Assembly: GCA_022564665.1 (NCBI GenBank) | Contig: JADFKZ010000034.1 | Location: 1 to 22,631, forward strand | Source of the DNA: Planctomycetota bacterium | Lineage (GTDB): Bacteria; Planctomycetota; Phycisphaerae; Phycisphaerales; SM1A02 | Direction: 5' to 3' | DNA length: 22,631 nucleotides | In this document: positions 8,459 through 16,013 of the stretch, piece after piece | How positions within the stretch are numbered: the stretch's first letter is position 1 | Layout: the number at the start of each line of letters is the position of its first letter | Notes under the pieces: model-generated | Database searches by the model: none | Seen by the model: only the letters and a program-made list of their open reading frames with translations | Told to the model about the DNA's origin: nothing | Made by a program: the position numbers and the translations under genes

Positions 8459-8776
8459 ATGGCAAAGGCCAAGCCGACAATCAAATCCCTTGAGACCGTG
8501 GAGCCGATCGGCAAACGCATCCTCCTCCGCAAGGATGAGGACAAGAAGATGACCAGAGTCGGCATCCACCTGCCCGACAAGATCGAGATCCCGACGCTCA
8601 CCGGCCGGGTGGTGGCGGTCAGCGCCCAGGTGGACCACGACGAGAACTATCCGATCAAGCAGTACGATCGTGTGCTCTTCAACCCCAAGAACGGCATACC
8701 CGTCGATTTCGAAGGGGACAACCGGCTCTTCGTCATTCCCATTGAGGACGTGGTCGCCGTCTTTCGTAAAGAGTAA
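8459..8776 (+). CDS. groES: Co-chaperonin GroES (Cpn10), orphan copy with no adjacent groEL.
   Basis: 105 aa with a Cpn10-like pattern (IEPIGKRILLRKDE....TRVGIHLPD....TGRVVAVS...YDRVLFNPKNGIPV....LFVIPIEDVVAVF). GAGGAG lies 5 nt upstream of the ATG. The next gene is aroA rather than groEL. Confidence 0.85.
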   Translation: MAKAKPTIKSLETVEPIGKRILLRKDEDKKMTRVGIHLPDKIEIPTLTGRVVAVSAQVDHDENYPIKQYDRVLFNPKNGIPVDFEGDNRLFVIPIEDVVAVFRKE

Positions 8777-8795
8777 ATTGAGCGCGGGCCGCACG

Positions 8796-9055
8796 CCCCG
8801 GCAGGATGCCGGGTCTCCCGAGGCCCTAGCCGCGCCAGGCCCTAGCCGCGCCAGGCCACAGCCGCGCCAGGCCAGAGCCGCGCCAGGCAGGATGCCAAGC
8901 GGCGTGAGAACACAGATGCCAAGCGGCGGCCAACCCCGGCAGGATGCCGGGTATCCCGAGCGGCGAAGCCGCGAAGGCTCAGCTGCGCCGGCCCACAGCC
9001 GCGCCCGGCAGGACGCCAAGCGGTGTAGGAACACGGACGCCAAGCAGCTGACAGA
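8796..9055. repeat. Composite intergenic repeat block. The palindrome CCGGCA-GGA-TGCCGG appears twice; there are four tandem 16-bp units (gccNNagccgcgccag); gatgccaagcggcg appears twice; and the whole block of about 135 bp is imperfectly duplicated.
   Basis: Read directly. ccccggcaggatgccggg(t/a)tcccgag is at about 8796-8822 and 8934-8960. The 16-mers are at 8823-8886. The block caggaYgccaagcggYgtRRgaacacRgaYgccaagc is at about 8888-8930 and about 9009-9047. The ORF 8670..9059 reading through it is a low-complexity artefact. Confidence 0.8.
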
Positions 9056-9060
9056 ATAAA

Positions 9061-10380
9061 ATGGTTGATCTCACCCTGCCGTTGGATCGTCTGCCCGATC
9101 CCCTTCCCATCGAGCCGCTCCAAAAGCCCTTCGACGTCACGATCACCCCCCCGGGCTCAAAGAGCATCACCTGCCGGGCGTACGTCCTGGCCGCCCTGGC
9201 CAAGGGCCGGTCACGAATCGTCCGTCCGCTTCATGCCGACGACACGGACAGGCTCCTGGCGGCGTTGTGCACGCTTGGTGCGGACGCCCGCTGGGAGGGT
9301 CCCGACGTCCTTCTTGAGGGAGTGGGGGGGCGGTTTCCCCGCGGCGGCGCGATCAACCTCGGCGAGGGTGCGGCGCCAACCCGCTTCATGATCGCCGCCT
9401 CCTGTCTGGCCGCAGAACCGGTCACCGTCGACGGAAGCCCGCGGATGCGGCAGCGCCCCGTCGCCGAAGGAGTGGATCTCTTGCGAGCGCTGGGCGGGAA
9501 GATCGACTACGTCGAAACCCAAGACCGGTTGCCGGTTCGCGTCTCGCCGGACACATCATTCACGGGCGGCGATGTGACGATCGGACGGACGCTCTCCAGC
9601 CAGTTCGTCTCGGCGATCATGCTGATCGCACCCTGTCTCTCCAAGCCGCTGAAGCTCTGGTTCGGGTCGTCGACGACCAGCGATTCCTATGTGAGGCTGA
9701 CCGCCCACATCCTGGGCCAATGGCGGGTACGCCTCCACGATGCGAAACTCCCCGACGGGCGGCGCTCGACGTTCATCTACACCGGCTCGATCGGCCCGCA
9801 GGAGTATGAGATCGAGCCGGATGCGAGCAGCGCGGTGTACTGGTTCGCCGCGGCCGCCTTGTGCGCGGGATCACGCGCAGCGATCGGCGGACTGCCGCCG
9901 GCGTCCCCACAAAGCGATGTGCGCTTCCTTCACATCCTGGCAAAGGCGGGCGCGCTGCGTGACGGGCACGCGGAGGTCGCCATCCGGTGGTGCAGCCCGC
10001 TCAGTGGAATTGAGGTCGACATGTCGCAGATGCCCGACGCCGCCTTGGCACTCTCGGCGATCGCCTCGACGGCCGATTCACCAAGCACGATCTCGGGGCT
10101 TCAGACGCTCCGGATCAAGGAGACGGACCGGATTGCGGCCCTGGAAAACGAGCTGCAAAGAATAGGTTGCACCGTCGAGGCCACCGACGATTCGATCAGG
10201 ATCGACCCCGCCACCCGCCACGGGGAGCCGGTGGTGATCGAGACCTACAACGACCACCGGATGGCCATGGCGTTCGGGGTCCTGGGGTTGGCCCGGCCGG
10301 GTATTTCCATCAAGAATCCCTCGTGCGTGGCAAAGAGTTATCCGACGTTTTGGAGGGATTTCGCGTTGTTGTACGAGTAA
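9061..10380 (+). CDS. aroA: 3-phosphoshikimate 1-carboxyvinyltransferase (EPSP synthase).
   Basis: Hallmark motifs PPGSKSITCRAYVLAALAKG, ...RIKETDRIAAL..EL..G and ETYNDHRMAMAF. 439 aa. There is no SD; CAGCTGACAG lies 6-15 bp upstream of the ATG. Confidence 0.93.
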   Translation: MVDLTLPLDRLPDPLPIEPLQKPFDVTITPPGSKSITCRAYVLAALAKGRSRIVRPLHADDTDRLLAALCTLGADARWEGPDVLLEGVGGRFPRGGAINLGEGAAPTRFMIAASCLAAEPVTVDGSPRMRQRPVAEGVDLLRALGGKIDYVETQDRLPVRVSPDTSFTGGDVTIGRTLSSQFVSAIMLIAPCLSKPLKLWFGSSTTSDSYVRLTAHILGQWRVRLHDAKLPDGRRSTFIYTGSIGPQEYEIEPDASSAVYWFAAAALCAGSRAAIGGLPPASPQSDVRFLHILAKAGALRDGHAEVAIRWCSPLSGIEVDMSQMPDAALALSAIASTADSPSTISGLQTLRIKETDRIAALENELQRIGCTVEATDDSIRIDPATRHGEPVVIETYNDHRMAMAFGVLGLARPGISIKNPSCVAKSYPTFWRDFALLYE

Positions 10381-10413
10381 GGGTACACTGGCTATCGCAG
10401 GTTGCGTACGAGC

Positions 10414-10561
10414 GTAGCCGCCAGAGCGAGTGTGCGGCCCGCAGCCCGGAGGGCTGCCAGACAAGAGCGGCCCCGCAGCCCGGAGGGCTGCCAAACAAGA
10501 GCGGCAAGGAGGCCGCAACGCCGCGACGCCTCGAGGCCGCCACGGAGCGCTCGAAACAATC
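10414..10561. repeat. Copy A of a dispersed intergenic element. It carries an internal tandem insertion of two roughly 35-bp units, each with a perfect hairpin GCAGCCC-GGA-GGGCTGC.
   Basis: The flanks gtagccgccagagcgagtgtgcggcc and gaggccgccacggagcgctcgaaacaatc match the reverse complement of 15901-15958 with a few mismatches. The hairpins are at 10441-10457 and 10475-10491. Confidence 0.7.
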
Positions 10562-10590
10562 AAGCGACTAACCTATTGAACTTTTGATCG

Positions 10591-12405
10591 ATGTCGGCCT
10601 TCTGGACATTCACCAAACTGATGCTTCGCCGCCGCCTGACCGTGGCGTGGGCGATCCTGTTTGCCGTCATCTCCGCCGGCGGACTCGGCGTGGGGCTGCT
10701 GAGCCTGGCGCCGATGCTCGCGTTGATCCTTGGTGGATCCTCACTGATCGACCTTGCCAACAGCTTCAATGACCAGGGGCACCGGATCACCATCCCCGCT
10801 GGGTTTATTGCTCTGCTTCCGCCGGAGCGGTTTGGGGGGATCCTGCTCATCATCAGCTGGATCGCCGTGCTGACCTTCTTGGGGGGCGCGGCCAACTTCA
10901 TGCACCAGTACCTCTCTCAGACCCTCGCCACCGTGACGGTCGCCAGGATCCGACAGCAGGTTTTTCATCATGTGCTCCACCTGCCCCTGACCAGGGTGAT
11001 CGCACGCGGGCCGTCGGAGTTCGTGGCCAGGATCATCCGGGACGCGTCGGAACTGCAACGCGGCTTCATCGCGCTTTTGAGCAAGGGGGTGACCCAGGTA
11101 TTGAAGGGCACTGCGGCGTTTGCCGTCGCCTTGCTTGTCCACTGGCCACTCACCCTCACCGCGCTGGTCGTAGCGCCGGTGATGTTGATTGTTCTGCGAA
11201 AGTTCGGTCGGAAGATCCGCCGCGGGACCCGCGGGTCACTCAAGGCTCAGGAAGGCCTACTCCGCGTGGTGACCGAGGCCTTGCACGGTCTGCGGGCGGT
11301 CAAGGTCAACACCGGGCAACGTCAGGCAAGCCTGTGGTTCCACCGGATCAACCGGGAGGTCGTCCGTCAGGAGCTGCGGATCCGGACCGCCCGGGCAATG
11401 ACGGGGCCGGTGGTCGAGACGCTCGCAGTACTGGTCGTGGGCGGGCTGGCCCTCATCGCCGCCAGGCAGATCATCGTGCAGAACCTTCCCTTCGAGCGAT
11501 TCGTCCTGGCGCTGGGGTCGCTGGCGGTGGCGGGTGCCTCCTTCAAGCCTCTTTCGGGACTTGTCAACGAGATCTATGCCGCGTCCGCCCCCGCCGTCCG
11601 GTTGGCCGACCTCCTGGCTGAGTCCCGTGAGACCTCCAGCGGCCTTCGGCGCCCGACGCTGGCCCGCCACAGCATCTCGATCGAGTTCGAGGAGGTCTGC
11701 TTCAGCTACCCGGAGCAGGAGTCTCAGGCCCTCCAAGAGATCTGCCTCAGGATCGAAAACGGCGAGCGTCTGGCCGTGGTGGGGCCCAACGGATGCGGCA
11801 AGACCACGCTGGTGAGTCTGATTCCACGGCTGCTGGAACCCGATTCCGGTCGGGTGCTCATCGACTCGACAGACATCGCAACGGTGAACCTCAGCTCGTT
11901 GCGGCAACAGATCGGGATGGTAACGCAACAGACGATCCTCTTCCGCGGCACGATCGGCGAGAACATCGGCTTCGGATCCAGCCACCAGAGCCGCGCCGCG
12001 ATCGTCGATGCCGCCCGACGGGCACACGCCGATGAGTTCATCCGCGATCTGCCCCTGGGTTACGACACCAATCTCGCCGAGCTGGGTGCATCGCTCTCCG
12101 GCGGTCAGCGTCAACGTCTGGCGATTGCACGGGCGATCCTCCGCGACCCGGCGATCCTCATCCTTGACGAGGCGACGAGCGAGATCGACTCGGAGTCGGA
12201 GACGCTCATCAACGCCGCGCTGGCGGAGTTCTGCCGGGGGCGCACCTCGGTGCTCATCGCACACCGGTTGTCCACCGTGCTCAACGCTGACCGGATCGTG
12301 GTAATGGACCGAGGACGGATCATCGCCCACGGGATCCACGACGCGTTGCTGGGCGAGTGCGAGCTCTATCAGCGGCTCATAAAGACACAGCTCGTTGGAG
12401 TGTAG
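10591..12405 (+). CDS. ABC transporter, fused permease and ATPase (type I exporter, MsbA/lipid-exporter-like).
   Basis: Six-TM N-terminal domain, then Walker A (VVGPNGCGKTT), ABC signature (LSGGQRQRLAIARAIL), Walker B (ILILDEATSEIDSES) and H-loop (IAHRL). There is no SD upstream of the ATG at 10591. Confidence 0.9.
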   Translation: MSAFWTFTKLMLRRRLTVAWAILFAVISAGGLGVGLLSLAPMLALILGGSSLIDLANSFNDQGHRITIPAGFIALLPPERFGGILLIISWIAVLTFLGGAANFMHQYLSQTLATVTVARIRQQVFHHVLHLPLTRVIARGPSEFVARIIRDASELQRGFIALLSKGVTQVLKGTAAFAVALLVHWPLTLTALVVAPVMLIVLRKFGRKIRRGTRGSLKAQEGLLRVVTEALHGLRAVKVNTGQRQASLWFHRINREVVRQELRIRTARAMTGPVVETLAVLVVGGLALIAARQIIVQNLPFERFVLALGSLAVAGASFKPLSGLVNEIYAASAPAVRLADLLAESRETSSGLRRPTLARHSISIEFEEVCFSYPEQESQALQEICLRIENGERLAVVGPNGCGKTTLVSLIPRLLEPDSGRVLIDSTDIATVNLSSLRQQIGMVTQQTILFRGTIGENIGFGSSHQSRAAIVDAARRAHADEFIRDLPLGYDTNLAELGASLSGGQRQRLAIARAILRDPAILILDEATSEIDSESETLINAALAEFCRGRTSVLIAHRLSTVLNADRIVVMDRGRIIAHGIHDALLGECELYQRLIKTQLVGV

Positions 12406-12434
12406 GGCCAGCTGTGCGGACCGCCGAAGAAGGC
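12400..12434. repeat. Post-stop motif GTGTAGGGCC...GCCGAAGAAGGC, shared with 19980-20001.
   Basis: Both the ABC exporter and accC end in gtg-tag followed by gggcc, with gccgaagaaggc within about 25 bp. cagctg modules flank it in swapped order in the two copies. Confidence 0.5.
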
Positions 12435-12448
12435 GAAGTGAAAACGCG

Positions 12449-13174
12449 CTAGGTCAGCAGCGCAACGACTGCCACCACGAGGGCGACCACCGCGGCGGCG
12501 GCCGAGCCGATTGCCACCAGGACCATCCGGCGGTCGAGCTGAGCCAGTGTCGTGGCAAGCGTTCTCTGCCGCGTCTCGTTTGCAGCCTCCAGATCCGAGA
12601 TCAGCTCAACCGAGCGGCAACATGACTTGAGGACCTCGCGAAGATCCTGCGTCACCGAGTCAAAGGTCTCCGCGGTCTGGCGGATCGCCTGGCTGTTGTC
12701 CTGAAGCAACCGGCGGACCTCTTGAAGCTCGTCTCCGTGACGGCCGGTGGCATCGCTCAGACGCCCGACCGCCAGATCGAGGGTCTGCTCGCGCCCCTTG
12801 GCTTGCTCGACAAGTTCGTTGTGCAGCTCGATCACCTGCGTGCAGGAGGCGTTGATCTCGATAAGCTTCTCCGTGGCATGGGAGAGACCCTCGATCGGCT
12901 CCAGCAACCGCTGAGTCTGGGCGGTTTGGGTGCCCAGACGATCGTCGATTTCTCCCAACAGTCTGGTCAGCTTCTCTGGGTCGCCTAGTGCAGTCAGCGA
13001 AGCGGCCGCAGGCGCTCCCCCCTCAAACGCGATTCCGGGAGCCATCTTGTCGGTGCTGGGCGCCTCAGCAGATGGCAACGGGACGCCATGCTTCTGAGCC
13101 TGCGCGGCAGCAAGATCGACCGGACGCCGGTTCTTCCGTGTCACCAGATTACGAATCCCGCTCAGCAAAGTCAT
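12449..13174 (-). CDS. Hypothetical tail-anchored coiled-coil protein. The single TM helix is at the extreme C-terminus.
   Basis: The 241-aa ORF from ATG 13172-13174 has an AAGGGGA-like SD 6 nt upstream. The translation is rich in heptad-like Q/E/L/R segments and ends ...RRMVLVAIGSAAAAVVALVVAVVALLT-stop. I recognise no family. Confidence 0.5.
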   Translation of the reverse strand: MTLLSGIRNLVTRKNRRPVDLAAAQAQKHGVPLPSAEAPSTDKMAPGIAFEGGAPAAASLTALGDPEKLTRLLGEIDDRLGTQTAQTQRLLEPIEGLSHATEKLIEINASCTQVIELHNELVEQAKGREQTLDLAVGRLSDATGRHGDELQEVRRLLQDNSQAIRQTAETFDSVTQDLREVLKSCCRSVELISDLEAANETRQRTLATTLAQLDRRMVLVAIGSAAAAVVALVVAVVALLT

Positions 13175-13204
13175 TGAAGATCCCCTTACAAGGAGCGCGG
13201 CTGT

Positions 13205-14149
13205 ATGGCAGCCTGCGGGCAATGTACGATTGGATTCATGCCATCGTCAAGCGGCTGGCTCGTCGCCGGGGTCCTGCCCCTGATAGTGATAGGAATCGTC
13301 GTGGCGGGGGTCAACGGCTGCCGCCCCGCCCACACGCCCCCGGACTCGCGACCGGCGCCGCCACCACCCCGGATCGTCTCGCTCAGCCCCGCACTGACAC
13401 GGACGCTTGTCGACTTGGGGCTGGAGGATCACATCGTCGGCCGGACCGAGTTTTCGAGGTCGGTTGACTCCCAAATCACGGTCGTCGGCAACCTCTTCGA
13501 GTTGGACTACGAGCGGCTGATCAGGCTCCAGCCGACCCATGTTTTCGTACAGCCGGCGGCGGGGGGAGTCGACAAGCAGCTCCATCGCCTATGTCGGTCG
13601 CGCGGCTGGGAGCTAGGGCAGTGGAAGATCAACACGATTCACGACATCCAGCGGACGATCCGCGAGCTTCCTTTGGCGGTGTTTTCAGCCAACGACAGCC
13701 GCCGGGCCGGCGCCACCCGTCGTGCCGCCGAGCTGTTGGACGCCATCGCTCACGCGCTCTCTCCGCCCCAAGAGGAGCTTTGGGGAGGCTCGACGCTCCT
13801 GGTGGCCGACACCGAGCCGGTCCTGGCATTCGGGCGGCGGACCTACCTGCATGACTGTCTGGTGGCGCTGGGTGGCCGCAACGCCGTGGAGGCCGTGGGA
13901 TGGGTGGAGCTATCGCTGGAGGACGTGGTGCGTCTGGATCCCGCCGCGATCATTCTGGTTCGCGACCGCCGCCCGGCCGACGCAGCTACTCCGGACCGGG
14001 TTCTGGCGAAACTCGACATCGCCGCCGTCCGGAACGGCCGGATTGAGGTGCTCTTTCATCCCGATGCCACACTGCCCAGCAGCAGTGTGATCGGTGTCGC
14101 CGGGGAGCTGCGGCGCGTGTTGCAAGAGCTCAGGGAGCCCGGACCGTGA
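13205..14149 (+). CDS. ABC importer periplasmic substrate-binding protein, class III (Fe-siderophore / haem / cobalamin type, BtuF/FhuD/HmuT-like).
   Basis: Hydrophobic N-terminal anchor or signal ending VAGVNGC, followed by RIVSLSPALTRTLVDLGLEDHIVGRTEF..., which is typical of PF01497-type binding proteins. AAGGAG lies 9 nt upstream of ATG 13205. An alternative ATG at 13238 exists. Confidence 0.78.
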   Translation: MAACGQCTIGFMPSSSGWLVAGVLPLIVIGIVVAGVNGCRPAHTPPDSRPAPPPPRIVSLSPALTRTLVDLGLEDHIVGRTEFSRSVDSQITVVGNLFELDYERLIRLQPTHVFVQPAAGGVDKQLHRLCRSRGWELGQWKINTIHDIQRTIRELPLAVFSANDSRRAGATRRAAELLDAIAHALSPPQEELWGGSTLLVADTEPVLAFGRRTYLHDCLVALGGRNAVEAVGWVELSLEDVVRLDPAAIILVRDRRPADAATPDRVLAKLDIAAVRNGRIEVLFHPDATLPSSSVIGVAGELRRVLQELREPGP

Positions 14150-15153
14150 TGCAGCCCGCCCTGCGACGGGGCCTGGGGCTCTCGGCACTGGGCCTGCTGG
14201 CGATCATGGTCATGTGGCTGCGGTACCTCATCGATCGCGATCCGCACGGGGCCGCCGTCTCGCTGGCGCCGCCACCTCCCGGGGTCGCGTTGTTCCGCCT
14301 GACTGCCATTGCGGTCGCGGTCATTGCGGGCTCCTCACTTGCCATCTCGGGTGTTCTGCTCCAGGCGCTCCTGCGAAACCCGCTTGCGTCACCCTTCATA
14401 CTCGGTATCAGCGCCGGGGCGGGTCTCGGCGTGATGATCGCGATCTCCCTGACCTACGACGCTGATGCGGTCGCGCGGCCCGCAAGCTCCTCACACGGGC
14501 CGGCCGCGCTCCTGGGCGCTTTGGCCGTGCTGGGGATCGTCTACCTGCTGGGCCAGCGTCGAGGTTGGCTGGATCCCGTCTCCCTCGTGCTCGTCGGCGT
14601 GATCGTCTCGGCGATCTGCGGCGCGTTGATCATGCTGCTGCACCACCTGGGACCGACGACCGGATTGATGCAGGGCAAGATCACCAGGTGGATGATGGGG
14701 CGGATTCCCGAGTATCCCGAGCCGATCACCCTGATTGCCGCCGGAGGCCTGGCTGTCGTCGGCGGCGCGGCGGGCATGGTCATGGGCCGTGCGATGGACG
14801 CGGCAACACTCTCTGACGACGAGGCCCGCAGCGTTGGGCTGGCGCTGGGACGGCTGCGTGTCGGGCTGTTCATATTGGCCGGCGCGCTCACGGCGGGGGC
14901 GGTAGCCCTGTGCGGCCCCATCGGGTTCGTCGGCCTCATCGCCCCCCACGCCGCCCGGCTGCTGGTGGGGCCGAGACACACGCTGCTGGTGCCGGCGGCT
15001 GCGCTGGTCGGGATCGTGATCATGGTGGGGGCCGATGCAGGGCGCCAGGCCATCGAGCTGGGCGCCGGCCGGCTGCCCATCGGCGTTCTCACGGCGCTCA
15101 TCGGCGGGCCCGCGTTCATCTGGCTCCTGAGAACGGGCCGGGGCCAGGCGTGA
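14146..15153 (+). CDS. FecCD/BtuC-family ABC importer permease.
   Basis: About 9-10 TM segments. Conserved LLQALLRNPLASPFILGISAGAGLG and C-terminal GVLTALIGGPAFIWLL motifs. Its GTGATG start overlaps the binding-protein stop. Confidence 0.88.
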   Translation: MMQPALRRGLGLSALGLLAIMVMWLRYLIDRDPHGAAVSLAPPPPGVALFRLTAIAVAVIAGSSLAISGVLLQALLRNPLASPFILGISAGAGLGVMIAISLTYDADAVARPASSSHGPAALLGALAVLGIVYLLGQRRGWLDPVSLVLVGVIVSAICGALIMLLHHLGPTTGLMQGKITRWMMGRIPEYPEPITLIAAGGLAVVGGAAGMVMGRAMDAATLSDDEARSVGLALGRLRVGLFILAGALTAGAVALCGPIGFVGLIAPHAARLLVGPRHTLLVPAAALVGIVIMVGADAGRQAIELGAGRLPIGVLTALIGGPAFIWLLRTGRGQA

Positions 15154-15896
15154 GCCTCGTCGTCGACCAGCTCAGCCTCCACTATGGACAACTCAGGGCG
15201 CTGGAGAAGATCTCCGTCCAGGCCAAGGCGGGTCGGATCACGGCCCTCATCGGCCCCAACGCGGCGGGCAAGTCCACACTGCTCAAATGTATCGTCGGCG
15301 GGCTTCGCCCCACAGCCGGCTGCGTCCTCATCGACGACAGGCCCGCCCATAGGCTCTCGGCGGCCACGTTGGCGCGCCGGATCGCCTACGTCCCGCAGCG
15401 ATCGGTGGTCTCGGCGGCGTTCACGGTGCGAGAGGTGGTCGAGCTGGGCCGCTACGCCCTGCCCCAGAGCCGGGCGCGGGTCGATGACGCCCTGGGTCGC
15501 CTGGATCTCATCGATGTCGCCGATCGACCCTTTCCCTCGTTGTCAGTGGGCCAGCAGCAGCGGGTGACGCTCGCCCGAGCGGTGGCACAGCTTTCCGAGG
15601 ATGGTCATCTGCTGACCGATGAGCCGACATCGGCAATGGACCTCAAGCACGTTCGCCAAAGCCTCCAACTGTTGCGCCGGCTGGCCGATGGAGGTGCGAC
15701 GGTATTGATCGCAATCCACGATCTCGCACGTGCGGTGATGATCTCCGATGAGACCTGGTTGCTGGCGGGAGCGCGGCTCGTGGCAGCGGGCGAGACACGA
15801 AAGGTGATGGATCTCAAACGGCTAGAGTCGGTCTTTGGCGTGCGTTTTGAGTGGATCGAGAGGCCGGGAAAGACCCCGATTCTTCACGCCTGTTGA
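15150..15896 (+). CDS. ABC importer ATP-binding protein (FecE/BtuD/HmuV type).
   Basis: Walker A GPNAAGKSTLL, signature LSVGQQQRVTLARA, Walker B LLTDEPTSAMD and H-loop IAIHDL. Its GTG start at 15150 overlaps the permease stop as GTGA. The long upstream ORF extension from 14910 is rejected because it overlaps the permease. Confidence 0.88.
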   Translation: MSLVVDQLSLHYGQLRALEKISVQAKAGRITALIGPNAAGKSTLLKCIVGGLRPTAGCVLIDDRPAHRLSAATLARRIAYVPQRSVVSAAFTVREVVELGRYALPQSRARVDDALGRLDLIDVADRPFPSLSVGQQQRVTLARAVAQLSEDGHLLTDEPTSAMDLKHVRQSLQLLRRLADGGATVLIAIHDLARAVMISDETWLLAGARLVAAGETRKVMDLKRLESVFGVRFEWIERPGKTPILHAC

Positions 15897-15900
15897 TCGG

Positions 15901-15958
15901 AGAGTTGTTTCGAGCGTTCGGTAGCGGCCTCCGCCGCACACTTGATCTGGCGGCTACA
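15901..15958. repeat. Copy B of the dispersed intergenic element, in inverted orientation relative to copy A at 10414-10561.
   Basis: The reverse complement of 15901-15958 is gtagccgccagatcaagtgtgcggcg + gaggccgctaccgaacgctcgaaacaactc. It aligns to the flanks of copy A but lacks the hairpin insert. Confidence 0.65.
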
Positions 15959-16013
15959 CGGCCGATTCGATCGGCCACTACGCTTTGATGCAATCTTCGC
16001 TAGAATAGCTCCC

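Noticed and set aside
8823-8886. Possible CRISPR array, suggested by the short direct repeats.
   Set aside because: The 16-bp units are contiguous with no spacers. There are only four units and no cas genes. It is a tandem repeat, not CRISPR.
8670-9059. 129-aa ORF running from inside groES through the repeat block.
   Set aside because: It overlaps groES out of frame. Its sequence is generated by the tandem repeats (PRQDAGSPEALAAPGPSRARPQ...). It is not a real gene.
11257-12339. Long antisense ORFs (360 aa here; also 14541..15350 -, 15978..17006 -, 17122..18300 -, 18789..19931 -, 164..811 -, 10..510 +).
   Set aside because: Each lies opposite a gene with unmistakable family motifs (ABC exporter, FecCD permease, M24 peptidase, AccC, DUF192). 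Their translations are Arg/Pro/Gly-rich low-complexity sequence, typical of GC-rich antisense frames. None has an RBS or recognisable domain.
13175-13237. Cobalamin or other riboswitch upstream of the Fe/B12-type importer.
   Set aside because: The spacer is at most 63 bp and is occupied by two divergent RBSs. There is no room for an aptamer.
14910-15149. N-terminal extension of the importer ATPase ORF (track start 14910).
   Set aside because: The extension overlaps the well-supported FecCD permease in another frame and translates to poly-Arg/Pro/His. The real start is the GTG at 15150, overlapping the permease stop as GTGA.
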